Assembly: GCA_017409465.1 (NCBI GenBank)
Contig: JAFQSQ010000037.1
Coordinates: 9 to 64,008 of the forward strand
Direction: 5' to 3'
Source: Akkermansia sp.
Lineage (GTDB): Bacteria; Verrucomicrobiota; Verrucomicrobiia; Verrucomicrobiales; Akkermansiaceae
Length of the DNA: 64,000 nt
In this document: piece after piece, positions 55,323-64,000 of the stretch
Layout: each line of letters starts with the position of its first letter
Numbering within the stretch: position 1 is the stretch's first letter
Notes under the pieces: generated by a model
The model's database searches: none
The model's input: only the letters and a program-made list of their open reading frames with translations
What the model was told of the DNA's origin: nothing
Translations under genes and position numbers: made by a program

Positions 55323-56030
55323 TTACTTCAGGGCATCGAAAGCACCCTTGAAGAAGTAGTAGCCCCAGCCCCAATCCGGGTCGCCGGACCAGTCCGGGTC
55401 ATAGTGGTGGCGCGGCTTGAGGAAGCGCTCCGGGTGGGGCATGAGCCCCATGGCGCGGCCGGAGGGGTCCTGCAGACCCGCTATGCGGAGCTCAGAGCCG
55501 TTGTGGTTGTCGGCATATTGCAGGGCAACACAGCCGCTTTCCAGATATTTCTGTGCATCACCGGGCTCACAGACGAGCCGGCCTTCTGCGTGGGCAGAGG
55601 GAAGCTCGAATTCCTGCGGCAGGTAGGTGGTGTAGGGGCTGGTGGGGGATACTTTCACCAGCTTGTCCCACATGCACTCGAAGCGCTCGGACTTGTTCCA
55701 GATAAGGGAAGCCTTGGGCAGGATACCCAGCTTGGTGAGAATCTGGAAGCCGTTGCAGATACCGAAGAGGAAGCCGCCGTCGGCAAAGTGCTTGTGCAGG
55801 GCATCGCCCAGGAAGCGCTCGGTTTCCAGCTGGGCCAGACGGCCGCTCATCACGTAGTCACCGTAGGAGAAGCCGCCGGAGAACACCACCAGCTGTGCCT
55901 TGGCCACGTGGGCGGGTGTTGCGGTGGCGATGGGTTGTACCTGGGTGGAGAAACCGGCGGCGTTCAACGCGCGGGCGGTCTCCACATCACAGTTCGTGCC
56001 CGGGTATTTCAGAAGTAAAGCGTGAGGCAT
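55323..56030 (-). CDS. purQ: FGAM synthase glutaminase subunit
   Basis: PGTNCD.E, GGFSYGD, GICNGFQ, AHAEG, NGS, GLMPHPER. Confidence 0.95.
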   Translation of the reverse strand: MPHALLLKYPGTNCDVETARALNAAGFSTQVQPIATATPAHVAKAQLVVFSGGFSYGDYVMSGRLAQLETERFLGDALHKHFADGGFLFGICNGFQILTKLGILPKASLIWNKSERFECMWDKLVKVSPTSPYTTYLPQEFELPSAHAEGRLVCEPGDAQKYLESGCVALQYADNHNGSELRIAGLQDPSGRAMGLMPHPERFLKPRHHYDPDWSGDPDWGWGYYFFKGAFDALK

Positions 56031-56035
56031 AATTG

Positions 56036-56065
56036 AATGACGAGTTACGATTTACGAATTACGAA
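56036..56065. repeat. heptamer tandem repeat between purL and purQ
   Basis: AATGA CGAGTTA CGATTTA CGAATTA CGAA. Confidence 0.75.
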
Positions 56066-56082
56066 TGATAGGCTGCTGATTA

Positions 56083-58476
56083 TCAATAGAAGGGTGTAAG
56101 GCCGTTCTTCCAGATGTTCTTCAGCTCTGCGATTTCGGCCTGCAGCACGGTGGCACCGCCGGCGGTGATGGTGAGCTTGCCGTCTGTCGTGGCGGAGCCG
56201 ATTCGGGCGCAGGGCGTGCCGGCCATGGCGGCGGCAAACTCGTCTGCCATATCGGGGTCAACCTCCACGAGGAAACGTCCGGTGCTTTCGCCGAAGCAGG
56301 GCACGGCGTTGTTCTTCCAGCCGCCCACGGTGGGCAGGGTATCCAGATTCAGGGTGATACCGCCCTTGCCGGAGAAGGCCATTTCCGCAGCAGCCACGGC
56401 CAGACCGCCCTCAGACAGGTCGTGGGCAGAGAGCACCAGCCCCTGCGTGAGCGCCTTGTCGTAGTACTGCTTGTAGATGGCGAAGTTAGCTGCGCAGTCG
56501 GTCTGCGGCACCTTGCAGTCCTTCACGCCCTTGACGCGGGCATAGACGGAGCCGCCCATCTCGTCCTCGGTGTTGCCCACCAGGAAGAGCACGCTGTCGC
56601 TGCGGCGCAGGGAGGAACCGTGCACGTGGGAGGCATCCTCCACCACACCGAAACCGGAGCAGAGGAAGGTGACGGGAATGTTCACCGGGCCGTCCTCCGT
56701 CTCGAAGTAGTTGTAGAAGCTGTCCTTGCCGGAGACGTAGGGAGCACCGTAGGCCAGAGCGGCCTCGCGGATACCCTTGGCGCATTCCACGATGCGTCCC
56801 AGCTCGGTGGGGCACTCGGGGTTGCCCATGCAGAAGTTGTCCAGCAGGGCAATCTTGTCCGGGTTCGTGCCGGCGAGCACCAGCTGGCGCACGGTTTCAT
56901 CCACCGTGCCGGTGCCCATGGCGTAGGGGTCAGTCTTGCCCCACTCCGGCAGAATGGCCAGAGCCAGAGACATGAGCTTGTCGGAGCCGTCAATATCGAT
57001 GACAGAGGCATCCTGCGGGGCATCTGCCGTGGCACCGGCCAGGGGCTTCAGCACGGTGTTGCCCTGCACCTCGTGGTCGTACTCGCGGATGATGGGTTCG
57101 CGGGAGACGATGGCGAAGTCACCGAAGAGCTGCTTGAGGTCGCCGGCCAGGTTGGAGTCATCCAGGGCCACGCCGGTGTTGGCGGGGGCAGCGTTGAAGA
57201 CGGAGGTGAGCTGCTTGGTGGGGGCATCATGCAGCTTGGAGTTGTCCATCTCCACCACCAGTTCGCCGTTGTGCCACACACGCAGCACGCCGGAGTCGTT
57301 GGACTCACCCAGCACGGTCATTTCCGTCTGGAAGGTGTCACAGAGCTTCTGCAGCTCATCCAGATTCTCCGGCTTGACAGCCAGCACCATGCGCTCCTGA
57401 GACTCAGAGAGGAAAATCTGCCAGGAAACCATGTTCGGTTCCTTGAGCGGGGCACGCTCCAGATACAGGTTGCCGCCCGTTTCGGAAAGCATCTCACCCG
57501 CAGCGGAGGAGAAACCGCCGGCACCGCAGTCCGTCACGAACTCGATGAGCCCGCGCTCGCGTGCCTCCAGAATCACGTCCAGGGTCTTCTTTTCCTCGAT
57601 GGGGTTGCCAATCTGCACGGCCTGCTGGTCCTCGGCGTGGGAATCCTCGCCCATGGCGGCAGAGGAGAAGGTGGCACCGTGGAGACCGTCCTTGCCGGTG
57701 CGACCACCGATGACGACCACGGCCAGTCCGGGCTTCATTTCCTTGGCGATGTCCGCCTGAGGGATAACACCGGCGGTGCCGCAGAATACCAGCGGGTTGT
57801 AGATGTAGGTCGGGTCAAACTGGATAGCGCCGCTCGTGGTGGGAATGCCCATGCGGTTACCGTAGTCGCGCACGCCGTGTACCACGCCGCGCATGATACC
57901 CAGCGGGTGGATGATGTTGTGGCCCTCCACCATGCTTTGCGGAGTGTCCGGCGCACCGAAGCAGAATACGTCCAGATTTGCGATGGGTTTGGCACCCTTG
58001 CCTGCACCCAGAATGTCGCGAATCACGCCGCCCAACCCCGTGTTGGCACCGGCATAGGGCTCAATGGCGCTGGGGTGGTTGTGCGTTTCGGCCTTCAGAC
58101 ACACGGAGAGATTGTCGTCCAGCTTGATGAAGCCGGCGTTGTCCACAAAGCAGCTCAGCACAAAGCCGGGCTTGCGAGCCATAATCTCCTTGGAGGGGCG
58201 CTGGATAAAGGTTTTGTACATGCTCTTCACCTCTTCCTGCTCACCGTTGACGGTGTGCTGAATGGTGGCGGCAAAGATGCGGTGCTTGCAGTGCTCAGAC
58301 CAGGTCTGGGCAATAACCTCCAGCTCCACGTCCGTGGGCTCGCGGTCAATTTCCCGGAAAATCTGCTGAACCACCAGCATATCTTCCGTGGAGAGGGAAA
58401 GCTTCATGTTCTGACTGAGCTGAGTCAGCTCTGCCTCACTCAGATTGCGAACAGGTATGTGACGATAGGTTGCCAT
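56083..58476 (-). CDS. purL: phosphoribosylformylglycinamidine synthase subunit
   Basis: QTWSEHCKH, KAETHNHPSAIEP, GGRTG.DG.HG, DCGAGG, SESQERM, SGKDSFYN, HDLSEGG. Confidence 0.96.
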   Translation of the reverse strand: MATYRHIPVRNLSEAELTQLSQNMKLSLSTEDMLVVQQIFREIDREPTDVELEVIAQTWSEHCKHRIFAATIQHTVNGEQEEVKSMYKTFIQRPSKEIMARKPGFVLSCFVDNAGFIKLDDNLSVCLKAETHNHPSAIEPYAGANTGLGGVIRDILGAGKGAKPIANLDVFCFGAPDTPQSMVEGHNIIHPLGIMRGVVHGVRDYGNRMGIPTTSGAIQFDPTYIYNPLVFCGTAGVIPQADIAKEMKPGLAVVVIGGRTGKDGLHGATFSSAAMGEDSHAEDQQAVQIGNPIEEKKTLDVILEARERGLIEFVTDCGAGGFSSAAGEMLSETGGNLYLERAPLKEPNMVSWQIFLSESQERMVLAVKPENLDELQKLCDTFQTEMTVLGESNDSGVLRVWHNGELVVEMDNSKLHDAPTKQLTSVFNAAPANTGVALDDSNLAGDLKQLFGDFAIVSREPIIREYDHEVQGNTVLKPLAGATADAPQDASVIDIDGSDKLMSLALAILPEWGKTDPYAMGTGTVDETVRQLVLAGTNPDKIALLDNFCMGNPECPTELGRIVECAKGIREAALAYGAPYVSGKDSFYNYFETEDGPVNIPVTFLCSGFGVVEDASHVHGSSLRRSDSVLFLVGNTEDEMGGSVYARVKGVKDCKVPQTDCAANFAIYKQYYDKALTQGLVLSAHDLSEGGLAVAAAEMAFSGKGGITLNLDTLPTVGGWKNNAVPCFGESTGRFLVEVDPDMADEFAAAMAGTPCARIGSATTDGKLTITAGGATVLQAEIAELKNIWKNGLTPFY

Positions 58477-58501
58477 AGTGTGAAAAATCTGTTTCGTTTG
58501 G

Positions 58502-58951
58502 TTACTTCACGCTCCAGGTGTGGATGGCGGGGTTGCACACGTCCTTACAGAAGCGGGCGGACAGTGCCTCGCGGTTCCCTTCACCGAAAATGTACACCTT
58601 CTGGGTGATGGTGAGGGCGGAAATGCTGAACGGCAGCCCGGTGCGACCGCGATAGTTGGCCAGAATGGCCTCCTTTTCCAAATCCAGAGCACCTTTCTTG
58701 ATGCCGTAGGAAATGCAGAACAGCTCTCCCTCCAGAGCGGGGGTGCCGTCCTCCTGCACCTTCTGGGAGATGGAATCCACCAGCACGCGGCGCATATAAT
58801 CCTTTGCTGCCTCCACATCGCCCTCGCATTCCACCGTGTAGAGGCGCGTGTGGTTGTAGGTCAGCGCGTCCTCAATCGGCGTGTAGAGCAGTTTGTTGGC
58901 GTCCGTAGCCGACTGGAAGCGGCTGAATACTTCAAACGTCAATGTTGCCAT
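58502..58951 (-). CDS. tandem PurS-like protein (FGAM synthase N-terminal module)
   Basis: Between purC and purL; two halves ending VLVDSISQ and VCNPAIH, plus IKKGALDLE resembling the PurS K.GVLDP.G motif. Confidence 0.6.
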   Translation of the reverse strand: MATLTFEVFSRFQSATDANKLLYTPIEDALTYNHTRLYTVECEGDVEAAKDYMRRVLVDSISQKVQEDGTPALEGELFCISYGIKKGALDLEKEAILANYRGRTGLPFSISALTITQKVYIFGEGNREALSARFCKDVCNPAIHTWSVK

Positions 58952-58964
58952 AAGTTCTTAAAGG

Positions 58965-59004
58965 AAAACGGCCACCGGTACCGATTGCTGCGGCACCGAT
59001 GGCC
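58965..59004 (-). terminator. hairpin after purC (terminator/attenuator or stability element)
   Basis: GGCCACCGGTACCG-attgctg-CGGCACCGATGGCC (G-U pairs on the minus strand) followed by GTTTT. Confidence 0.5.
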
Positions 59005-59020
59005 CTGGGTTGAAATCTGT

Positions 59021-59725
59021 TTACTTCTGCAGGCGGCTCAGCACCTCGTCGTAGGCTTCCATGAAGCCGCCAAGCCCCTGACGGAAGCGGTCCTTGTCCA
59101 TCTTCTTGCCGGTGGTCACATCCCACAGACGGCAGGTGTCCGGAGAAATCTCGTCAGCCAGCACGATGACGGAGGGGGCTTCTGCCAGACGGCCGAACTC
59201 AATCTTGAAGTCGATGAGACGCAGGTTGGCGGTCAGGAAGAATTCCTTCAGAGTGTCGTTGATGAGCAGGGCAACGGACTTGATGTAAGCGCATTCCTCT
59301 TCCGTGGCGGCACCCATCTCGCGGGCGTAGTCATCGTTGATGAAGGGGTCCCCCAGAGAGTCATCCTTGTAGGAGAATTCCACGATGGGCTTCTTGAAAG
59401 CAGTCCCCTCCGTCACCCCCATGCGCTTGGAGAACGAACCGGCAGCCACGTTGCGCACGATAACCTCCAGCGGCATGATGGAAACCTTCTTCACCAGCAG
59501 GTTGATGTCATCCACATCTGCCACGAGGTGGGTCTTCACGCCCTTATCCTCAAGCATGCGGTAGATGATGAGGGTGATGGCCTTGTTGAAACGGCCTTTG
59601 TTCTCAAAGTCTTCCTTCTTGACGCCGTTGAAAGCGGTTGCGGAGTCCTTGTACTCCATACGCAACACATTCGGATCATCTGTCGTGAACAGTCTCTTGG
59701 CTTTGCCTTCGTAGATAGGTTCCAT
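59021..59725 (-). CDS. purC: SAICAR synthase
   Basis: YEGKAK, KDSATAFNG, PLEVIVRN.AAGS, DFKIEFG, LADEISPDTCRLWD, DKDRFR. Confidence 0.96.
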   Translation of the reverse strand: MEPIYEGKAKRLFTTDDPNVLRMEYKDSATAFNGVKKEDFENKGRFNKAITLIIYRMLEDKGVKTHLVADVDDINLLVKKVSIMPLEVIVRNVAAGSFSKRMGVTEGTAFKKPIVEFSYKDDSLGDPFINDDYAREMGAATEEECAYIKSVALLINDTLKEFFLTANLRLIDFKIEFGRLAEAPSVIVLADEISPDTCRLWDVTTGKKMDKDRFRQGLGGFMEAYDEVLSRLQK

Positions 59726-59841
59726 GGTATTGTGTCCGGGGCTGCTTCTTTAACCCCACGCCGAATATACCTGAAACACCCCCAATGTCAAGCAAAATAA
59801 CTTGCGGCAAGCGCTTTATCACCCCCGGGGAAAGGTCGGGG

Positions 59842-60927
59842 TCACTTAGCCATGGCGACGTGTTTCATGAGGCCGGGGAAGTAGCGGCGCAGCGGGTAGA
59901 AGATACCCAGGCAGATGGCAGTGATGAGGAAGGGCATCCAGAGGCATTGGGCAGTGGTGAAATGCCCGCCGTAGGAGCCGGTGAAAGCGAGCCGCAGGGC
60001 GTGCAGCACGATGTAATGGGTCACGTAGATGAAGAATGCCGCCGGGCCGAATGAGGCGATGAATCCGCAGAAGCGGGGAAGGTATTGCTCGCAGAGCGCC
60101 CCGATACCCATGGTGCAGGACACGCCCAACAGCACTAGGGCACTGCTCTGCACCGGCGGGTAGAAGCCGAATCCGTACACTGCCGGCAGCAGAATAAGAG
60201 CCGCCAGTACCGGTGCCCAGGCATAGCTGCGGACAAAGGCGGTGAAGCGGGCAAAGTCGGCATAGCGGCGAATCCACAGTCCCAGAGAATAGAAGCCCAG
60301 TGCCAAGACGCTTTCGTAGAGGCGGAAAGGCAGCCACCACACGCTCCAGCTGTCGTGGCTGCGGGCCGTTTCGGCATCGCGGGCGCAGAGTACATCACTG
60401 CCGGCAAAGCAGAGCAACACCAGCACCAGCAGCACCTTGGAAGGAAGTCGCTGCAGCAGCGGGCTGAAGAGTGCCAGCAGAATCAGTGTGCGCAGAAACC
60501 AGAGCGGCACGTTGTCAAAGTCCCAGTAGCACCAGTTGAGCAGTCCCATCTCGCGTGGGACGAGCGACCAGCTGAACCAGCTGAAGTCTCCGGCAAGCGT
60601 CTGTCCCCAGTGCATCATGGGCTGCAGCAGCAGGATAGACGCCACTGCTGTCCAGAAGATGAAGGGTATCAGCAATGTTCTGGTGCGTTTCCAATCCAGC
60701 CATTGCCCGGCAACGGCCTTGTGGGTGAAGTAGCCGGATACCAGGAAGAAAAAGAAAATCAGGCTGCGGTAGTTGAAGAGGTCAATGATGTAGTTGAAGC
60801 TCCCATACGGGCGGTCTACATGGCGCAGCACTACGAAAAATGCCGTATACACGCGGCAGAAATCAATCCACTGGATGCGTGCAGACGGCATTTGTTCGGT
60901 GATGGTTGTCTCTTGATCAGACGGCAT
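59842..60927 (-). CDS. acyltransferase family 3 (OafA-like) membrane protein
   Basis: RIQWIDFCR...VVLRH, FFFLVSGY, LLIPF, LWFLRTL, FFIYVTH; start at ATG 60927. Confidence 0.85.
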   Translation of the reverse strand: MPSDQETTITEQMPSARIQWIDFCRVYTAFFVVLRHVDRPYGSFNYIIDLFNYRSLIFFFFLVSGYFTHKAVAGQWLDWKRTRTLLIPFIFWTAVASILLLQPMMHWGQTLAGDFSWFSWSLVPREMGLLNWCYWDFDNVPLWFLRTLILLALFSPLLQRLPSKVLLVLVLLCFAGSDVLCARDAETARSHDSWSVWWLPFRLYESVLALGFYSLGLWIRRYADFARFTAFVRSYAWAPVLAALILLPAVYGFGFYPPVQSSALVLLGVSCTMGIGALCEQYLPRFCGFIASFGPAAFFIYVTHYIVLHALRLAFTGSYGGHFTTAQCLWMPFLITAICLGIFYPLRRYFPGLMKHVAMAK

Positions 60928-61756
60928 CTTCCTCATCATCTGCCACCTCAATCATGCGGCGCAGACGGCGGTTGAGGAAGGGGCGCACAATCAGACCGTA
61001 TCCCAGATAGCACAGGAAGATAAGTGCCGGGGCAATCCATGGGAAGATAATGAGCGCACAGACGGCCACGACTGCCATCAGCATCGCAACGATGGTGCCT
61101 CGTTTCTCGAAGTTCACATGCTTGAAGCTGGGATAGATGACACGGCTCATCATCAGCAGGGAGACGAGGGTCATGATGCCGGCCATGGTGTATTGCCAGA
61201 GCTGGGGAATCTGGAGGTTGCGGTTGGTGGTAAGGTCAATGACCAGGTACATCGTACTGACCACAGCACCGGCGGCCATGGGTACAGGCAGCCCGACGAA
61301 ATCCATGCTCTGGTTGGGCTTTTTGGGCTCTGCTGCCATGCAGTTGAAGCGAGCCAGACGCAGCGCGGCGCACAGCAGGTAGATAACGGCAATGGCATCC
61401 CCAAGATAGGGTACAGGCAAGTCAAACAGCACGGCACGAGCCAGCAGCATGGCGGGTGCTATGCCGAAGGATACCACGTCTGCGATGGAGTCGAACTCGC
61501 GCCCGAAGGGCCCGTCTGCCTTGCACATGCGCGCCACACGTCCGTCCAACAGGTCGAAGATACAGGCGGCAAAGATGAGGTAGGTGGCCTGCTGGTAGTG
61601 GGCGAAAGCCTCTGCCGTGCCGTCATCAAAGGCCATGCCCTTGAAGATGGTCAGAATGGCAAAGAAGCCACAGAGCAGGTTGCCTGCCGTCAGCATATTC
61701 GGCAGGATGGGAATCTTGGGTTCGTCCGGGTATACCGGGGGCTGAGGAGTGGCCAT
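60917..61756 (-). CDS. pssA: CDP-diacylglycerol--serine O-phosphatidyltransferase
   Basis: LPNMLTAGNL.CGF, DLLDGRVAR...FG..DSIAD.VSFG.AP, LRLARFN, FVGLPVP. Confidence 0.9.
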   Translation of the reverse strand: MATPQPPVYPDEPKIPILPNMLTAGNLLCGFFAILTIFKGMAFDDGTAEAFAHYQQATYLIFAACIFDLLDGRVARMCKADGPFGREFDSIADVVSFGIAPAMLLARAVLFDLPVPYLGDAIAVIYLLCAALRLARFNCMAAEPKKPNQSMDFVGLPVPMAAGAVVSTMYLVIDLTTNRNLQIPQLWQYTMAGIMTLVSLLMMSRVIYPSFKHVNFEKRGTIVAMLMAVVAVCALIIFPWIAPALIFLCYLGYGLIVRPFLNRRLRRMIEVADDEEDAV

Positions 61757-61784
61757 GATATGTCAGAGTATTTGTTCTGTCGTA

Positions 61785-64000
61785 TTATGCCAGAGCTTCA
61801 GTCGCTTTGGCAAGAAGATTCTGCTTTTCTGCAAGATTCTTGCCGGAACCGCGCGCCATATCGGCTTTACCGCCGCCCTTGCCGCCCACGATGGGAGCGA
61901 GCGTGCGGATGAGGTCGCCCGCTTTCAGTCCTGCGGCCTGTGCGTTTTCGCCGCAGTAGGCACCCAGGGAGAGGGTGCTGCCGTCATCGACCACCAGGAA
62001 GGCGGCAGCGGCATAATGGCGCTTGCGAAGTCCGTTGAACAGCTCGGTGAGCAGGTCATTGCCGCCCTCAGCGCAAACGACCACGTTGCCGCCAGTCAGC
62101 TGCTCTGCCAACAGGGCATCAGCCATGCCGGCTGCGGCGGCAGACTGCGCTTTCTTCAGTTTCTTGTCAGCCTCCAGTGCCGCTTCTTTCAGCTTGTCGC
62201 AGTAGGCGTTAAACTCATCCAACAGCGCGTTGACCACGCGGATATCGCGGGACTGCACGGCTTTCTTGGCAGGCTGAGAATCGTTGGTGGGCACGGGGAT
62301 GGCGGTTTGCCCCATAGCGGTGAGTTTTGCATTGGCGGAATTCAGCTTATCGAGCATTTCCTTGCCCTCGGGCATGCGGGCGGCAATCATGTCGCGCACC
62401 ACAGCAAGCCCGGCCTCACCCACGGCGGCCTCGATGCGGCGCACGCCGCTGGCGATAGCCCCCTCGCTGCGAATCTTGAAGAAACCGACCTTTCCGGTAG
62501 AGGCGGCGTGAGTACCGCCGCACAGCTCCATGGAAACACCGTTGAAGCCGTCTGCCTCGCCGCCCATCTGCACCAGTCGCACCACATCGCCGTACTTATC
62601 ACCGAAGAACTGGCAGATTTCCGGGTGCTTCTTGATTTCGGTCATGGGGTACTCATTGGCGAGGATAGGGAGGTCTTCTTCCACCCACTGGTTGACCAGC
62701 TCTTCCACGCGGCGGAGGTCTGCCTTGGAAATGGGACCGCTGTTGACATCGAAACGCAGGCGGTCGGCATCTACCAGTGAGCCCTGCTGGGCGATATCCT
62801 CGCTCACCAGCGTGCGCAGAGCCTTGTGCAGCAGGTGAGTGGCACTGTGGTGAGCCTCCAGCGCGCGGCGGCGGGTGGTGTCCAGCACCAGCTCCACGGT
62901 ATCACCCACGGCAGGAGTCACGCCGTCTGCCGTGGAGATGAGGTGAGCGCGGGCATTGCCAATCTGCTGAACCCCCAGCACCGGTGCGGAATCCCCGCCC
63001 AGCGACAGGGTGCCGCCATCGCTCATCTGACCGCCCATTTCGGCATAGAACGGGGTCTTATCCGTGATGACGAAGAGCATGCCGTCTGCCTCATGAATTT
63101 CTGTCACGGTAGCGGTGCAGCTGTCTTCCGTGTAGCCGGTGAACGCTGTGACCTGCTCGGTCTGGATGTCCAGTGCACGCACAATCTGCTTCTTCTGTGC
63201 GGCTTTGGCGCGTTGGCGCTGCTCCTCCATGAGGGCTTCAAAGCGTTCGGTGTCGATGCTCAGGCCGCGTTCGCGAGCCATCAGAGCTGTCAGGTCAATC
63301 GGGAAACCGTAAGTGTCGTACAGCTTGAAGGCGAAGTCGCCGGAGACGGCACCCGTGGCAGCCACTTCCTTGTCGAAGAGCTCCAGACCGCGGTCAAGTG
63401 TTTCGTTGAAGCTTGTTTCCTCACGCAGCAGCACCTCTTTGATGGTGGCGGCGCGGCCAATGAGCTCCGGGAACACGCGCCCCATCTCCGCCGCCAGCGT
63501 ATCCACCAGCAGGGAGAGGAAGGGCTTTTCGAGCCCCAGTGTGCGACCGTAGCGCACGGCGCGGCGCAGGATGCGACGCAGCACGTAGTTGCGGCCGTTG
63601 TTACCCGGCAGAATGCCGTCTGCAATGGAGAAGCTCAGCGTGCGGATGTGGTCGGCAATCACTCGGAAGGCGATGCTTTCGCGCAGCTGTTCGCGGTTCT
63701 CCTCCGTGGCATCCTGCGGGTAGATGTCGGCGTAGGTGCGGCCGGAAATCTCCTCAATGCGCTTGAAAATCGGGCGGAACACATCCGTGCTGTAGTTGGA
63801 GACGCGGGCGTTGAAGTCCGTGAATCCCTTGGTGCACTGCATCATGGCGCAGGCGCGCTCGAAGCCCATACCGGTGTCCACATGGCAGGCGGGCAGGTTG
63901 CGGAAGGTGCCGTCGCTCTCTGCATTGTACTGAATGAACACGAGGTTCCAGATTTCGATGCACTGCGGGCTGTCCTGATTCACCAGGGAACCCTCGGTCT
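61785..64000 (-). CDS. alaS: alanine--tRNA ligase (5' end outside the window)
   Basis: EIWNLVFIQY, VDTGMGFER, VIADHIR, YVLRRILRRA, YDTYGFP, HSATHLL, ELCGGTH, GVRRIEA, GGKGGG; frame open to the window edge. Confidence 0.96.
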   Translation of the reverse strand, partial: TEGSLVNQDSPQCIEIWNLVFIQYNAESDGTFRNLPACHVDTGMGFERACAMMQCTKGFTDFNARVSNYSTDVFRPIFKRIEEISGRTYADIYPQDATEENREQLRESIAFRVIADHIRTLSFSIADGILPGNNGRNYVLRRILRRAVRYGRTLGLEKPFLSLLVDTLAAEMGRVFPELIGRAATIKEVLLREETSFNETLDRGLELFDKEVAATGAVSGDFAFKLYDTYGFPIDLTALMARERGLSIDTERFEALMEEQRQRAKAAQKKQIVRALDIQTEQVTAFTGYTEDSCTATVTEIHEADGMLFVITDKTPFYAEMGGQMSDGGTLSLGGDSAPVLGVQQIGNARAHLISTADGVTPAVGDTVELVLDTTRRRALEAHHSATHLLHKALRTLVSEDIAQQGSLVDADRLRFDVNSGPISKADLRRVEELVNQWVEEDLPILANEYPMTEIKKHPEICQFFGDKYGDVVRLVQMGGEADGFNGVSMELCGGTHAASTGKVGFFKIRSEGAIASGVRRIEAAVGEAGLAVVRDMIAARMPEGKEMLDKLNSANAKLTAMGQTAIPVPTNDSQPAKKAVQSRDIRVVNALLDEFNAYCDKLKEAALEADKKLKKAQSAAAAGMADALLAEQLTGGNVVVCAEGGNDLLTELFNGLRKRHYAAAAFLVVDDGSTLSLGAYCGENAQAAGLKAGDLIRTLAPIVGGKGGGKADMARGSGKNLAEKQNLLAKATEALA

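Noticed and set aside
56422..58608. 728-aa plus-strand ORF and similar long antisense ORFs (4752-6197, 16733-17896, 18721-19905, 20041-21141, 23975-25576, 58520-59800)
   Set aside because: All lie opposite well-supported housekeeping genes and show H/G/V/A-rich shadow composition

Overview
GC-rich bacterial chromosome segment. The gene content points to an Akkermansia-like verrucomicrobium: it carries a complete Amuc_1102-1098-type pilus/secretin cluster. The taxonomy is inferred, not searched. Most of the window is housekeeping: xth, aas-like, kbl, dnaX-ybaB, a DEAD-box helicase, ruvC, a CoA-transferase, fbaA, lgt, parA, comF, a SMUG1-type UDG, mrdA, ispE, mnmA, tsaE, purC/S/L/Q, pssA and a partial alaS. 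It also holds three tRNAs, two ABC export systems, MATE and MFS transporters, and a tandem pair of NSS transporters with an unannotated 40-aa MetS-like subunit. The one clearly foreign stretch is an AT-rich islet at about 50.56-53.69 kb. It encodes a restriction-modification controller (C-protein)-like HTH gene with a C-box-like operator, followed by a PD-(D/E)XK-like nuclease + SF1 helicase (DUF2075-like) gene and no methyltransferase, next to a ~390-bp nested-palindrome REP/MITE-like element. This is the best candidate for an undescribed defence system. Other signals: many apparently leaderless (often GTG-initiated) genes, a candidate sRNA, paired operator-like palindromes, dispersed heptamer repeats, and a divergent pair of paralogous unknown membrane proteins. 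No CRISPR array, rRNA, transposase or integrase was seen. All family calls come from motif recognition only.
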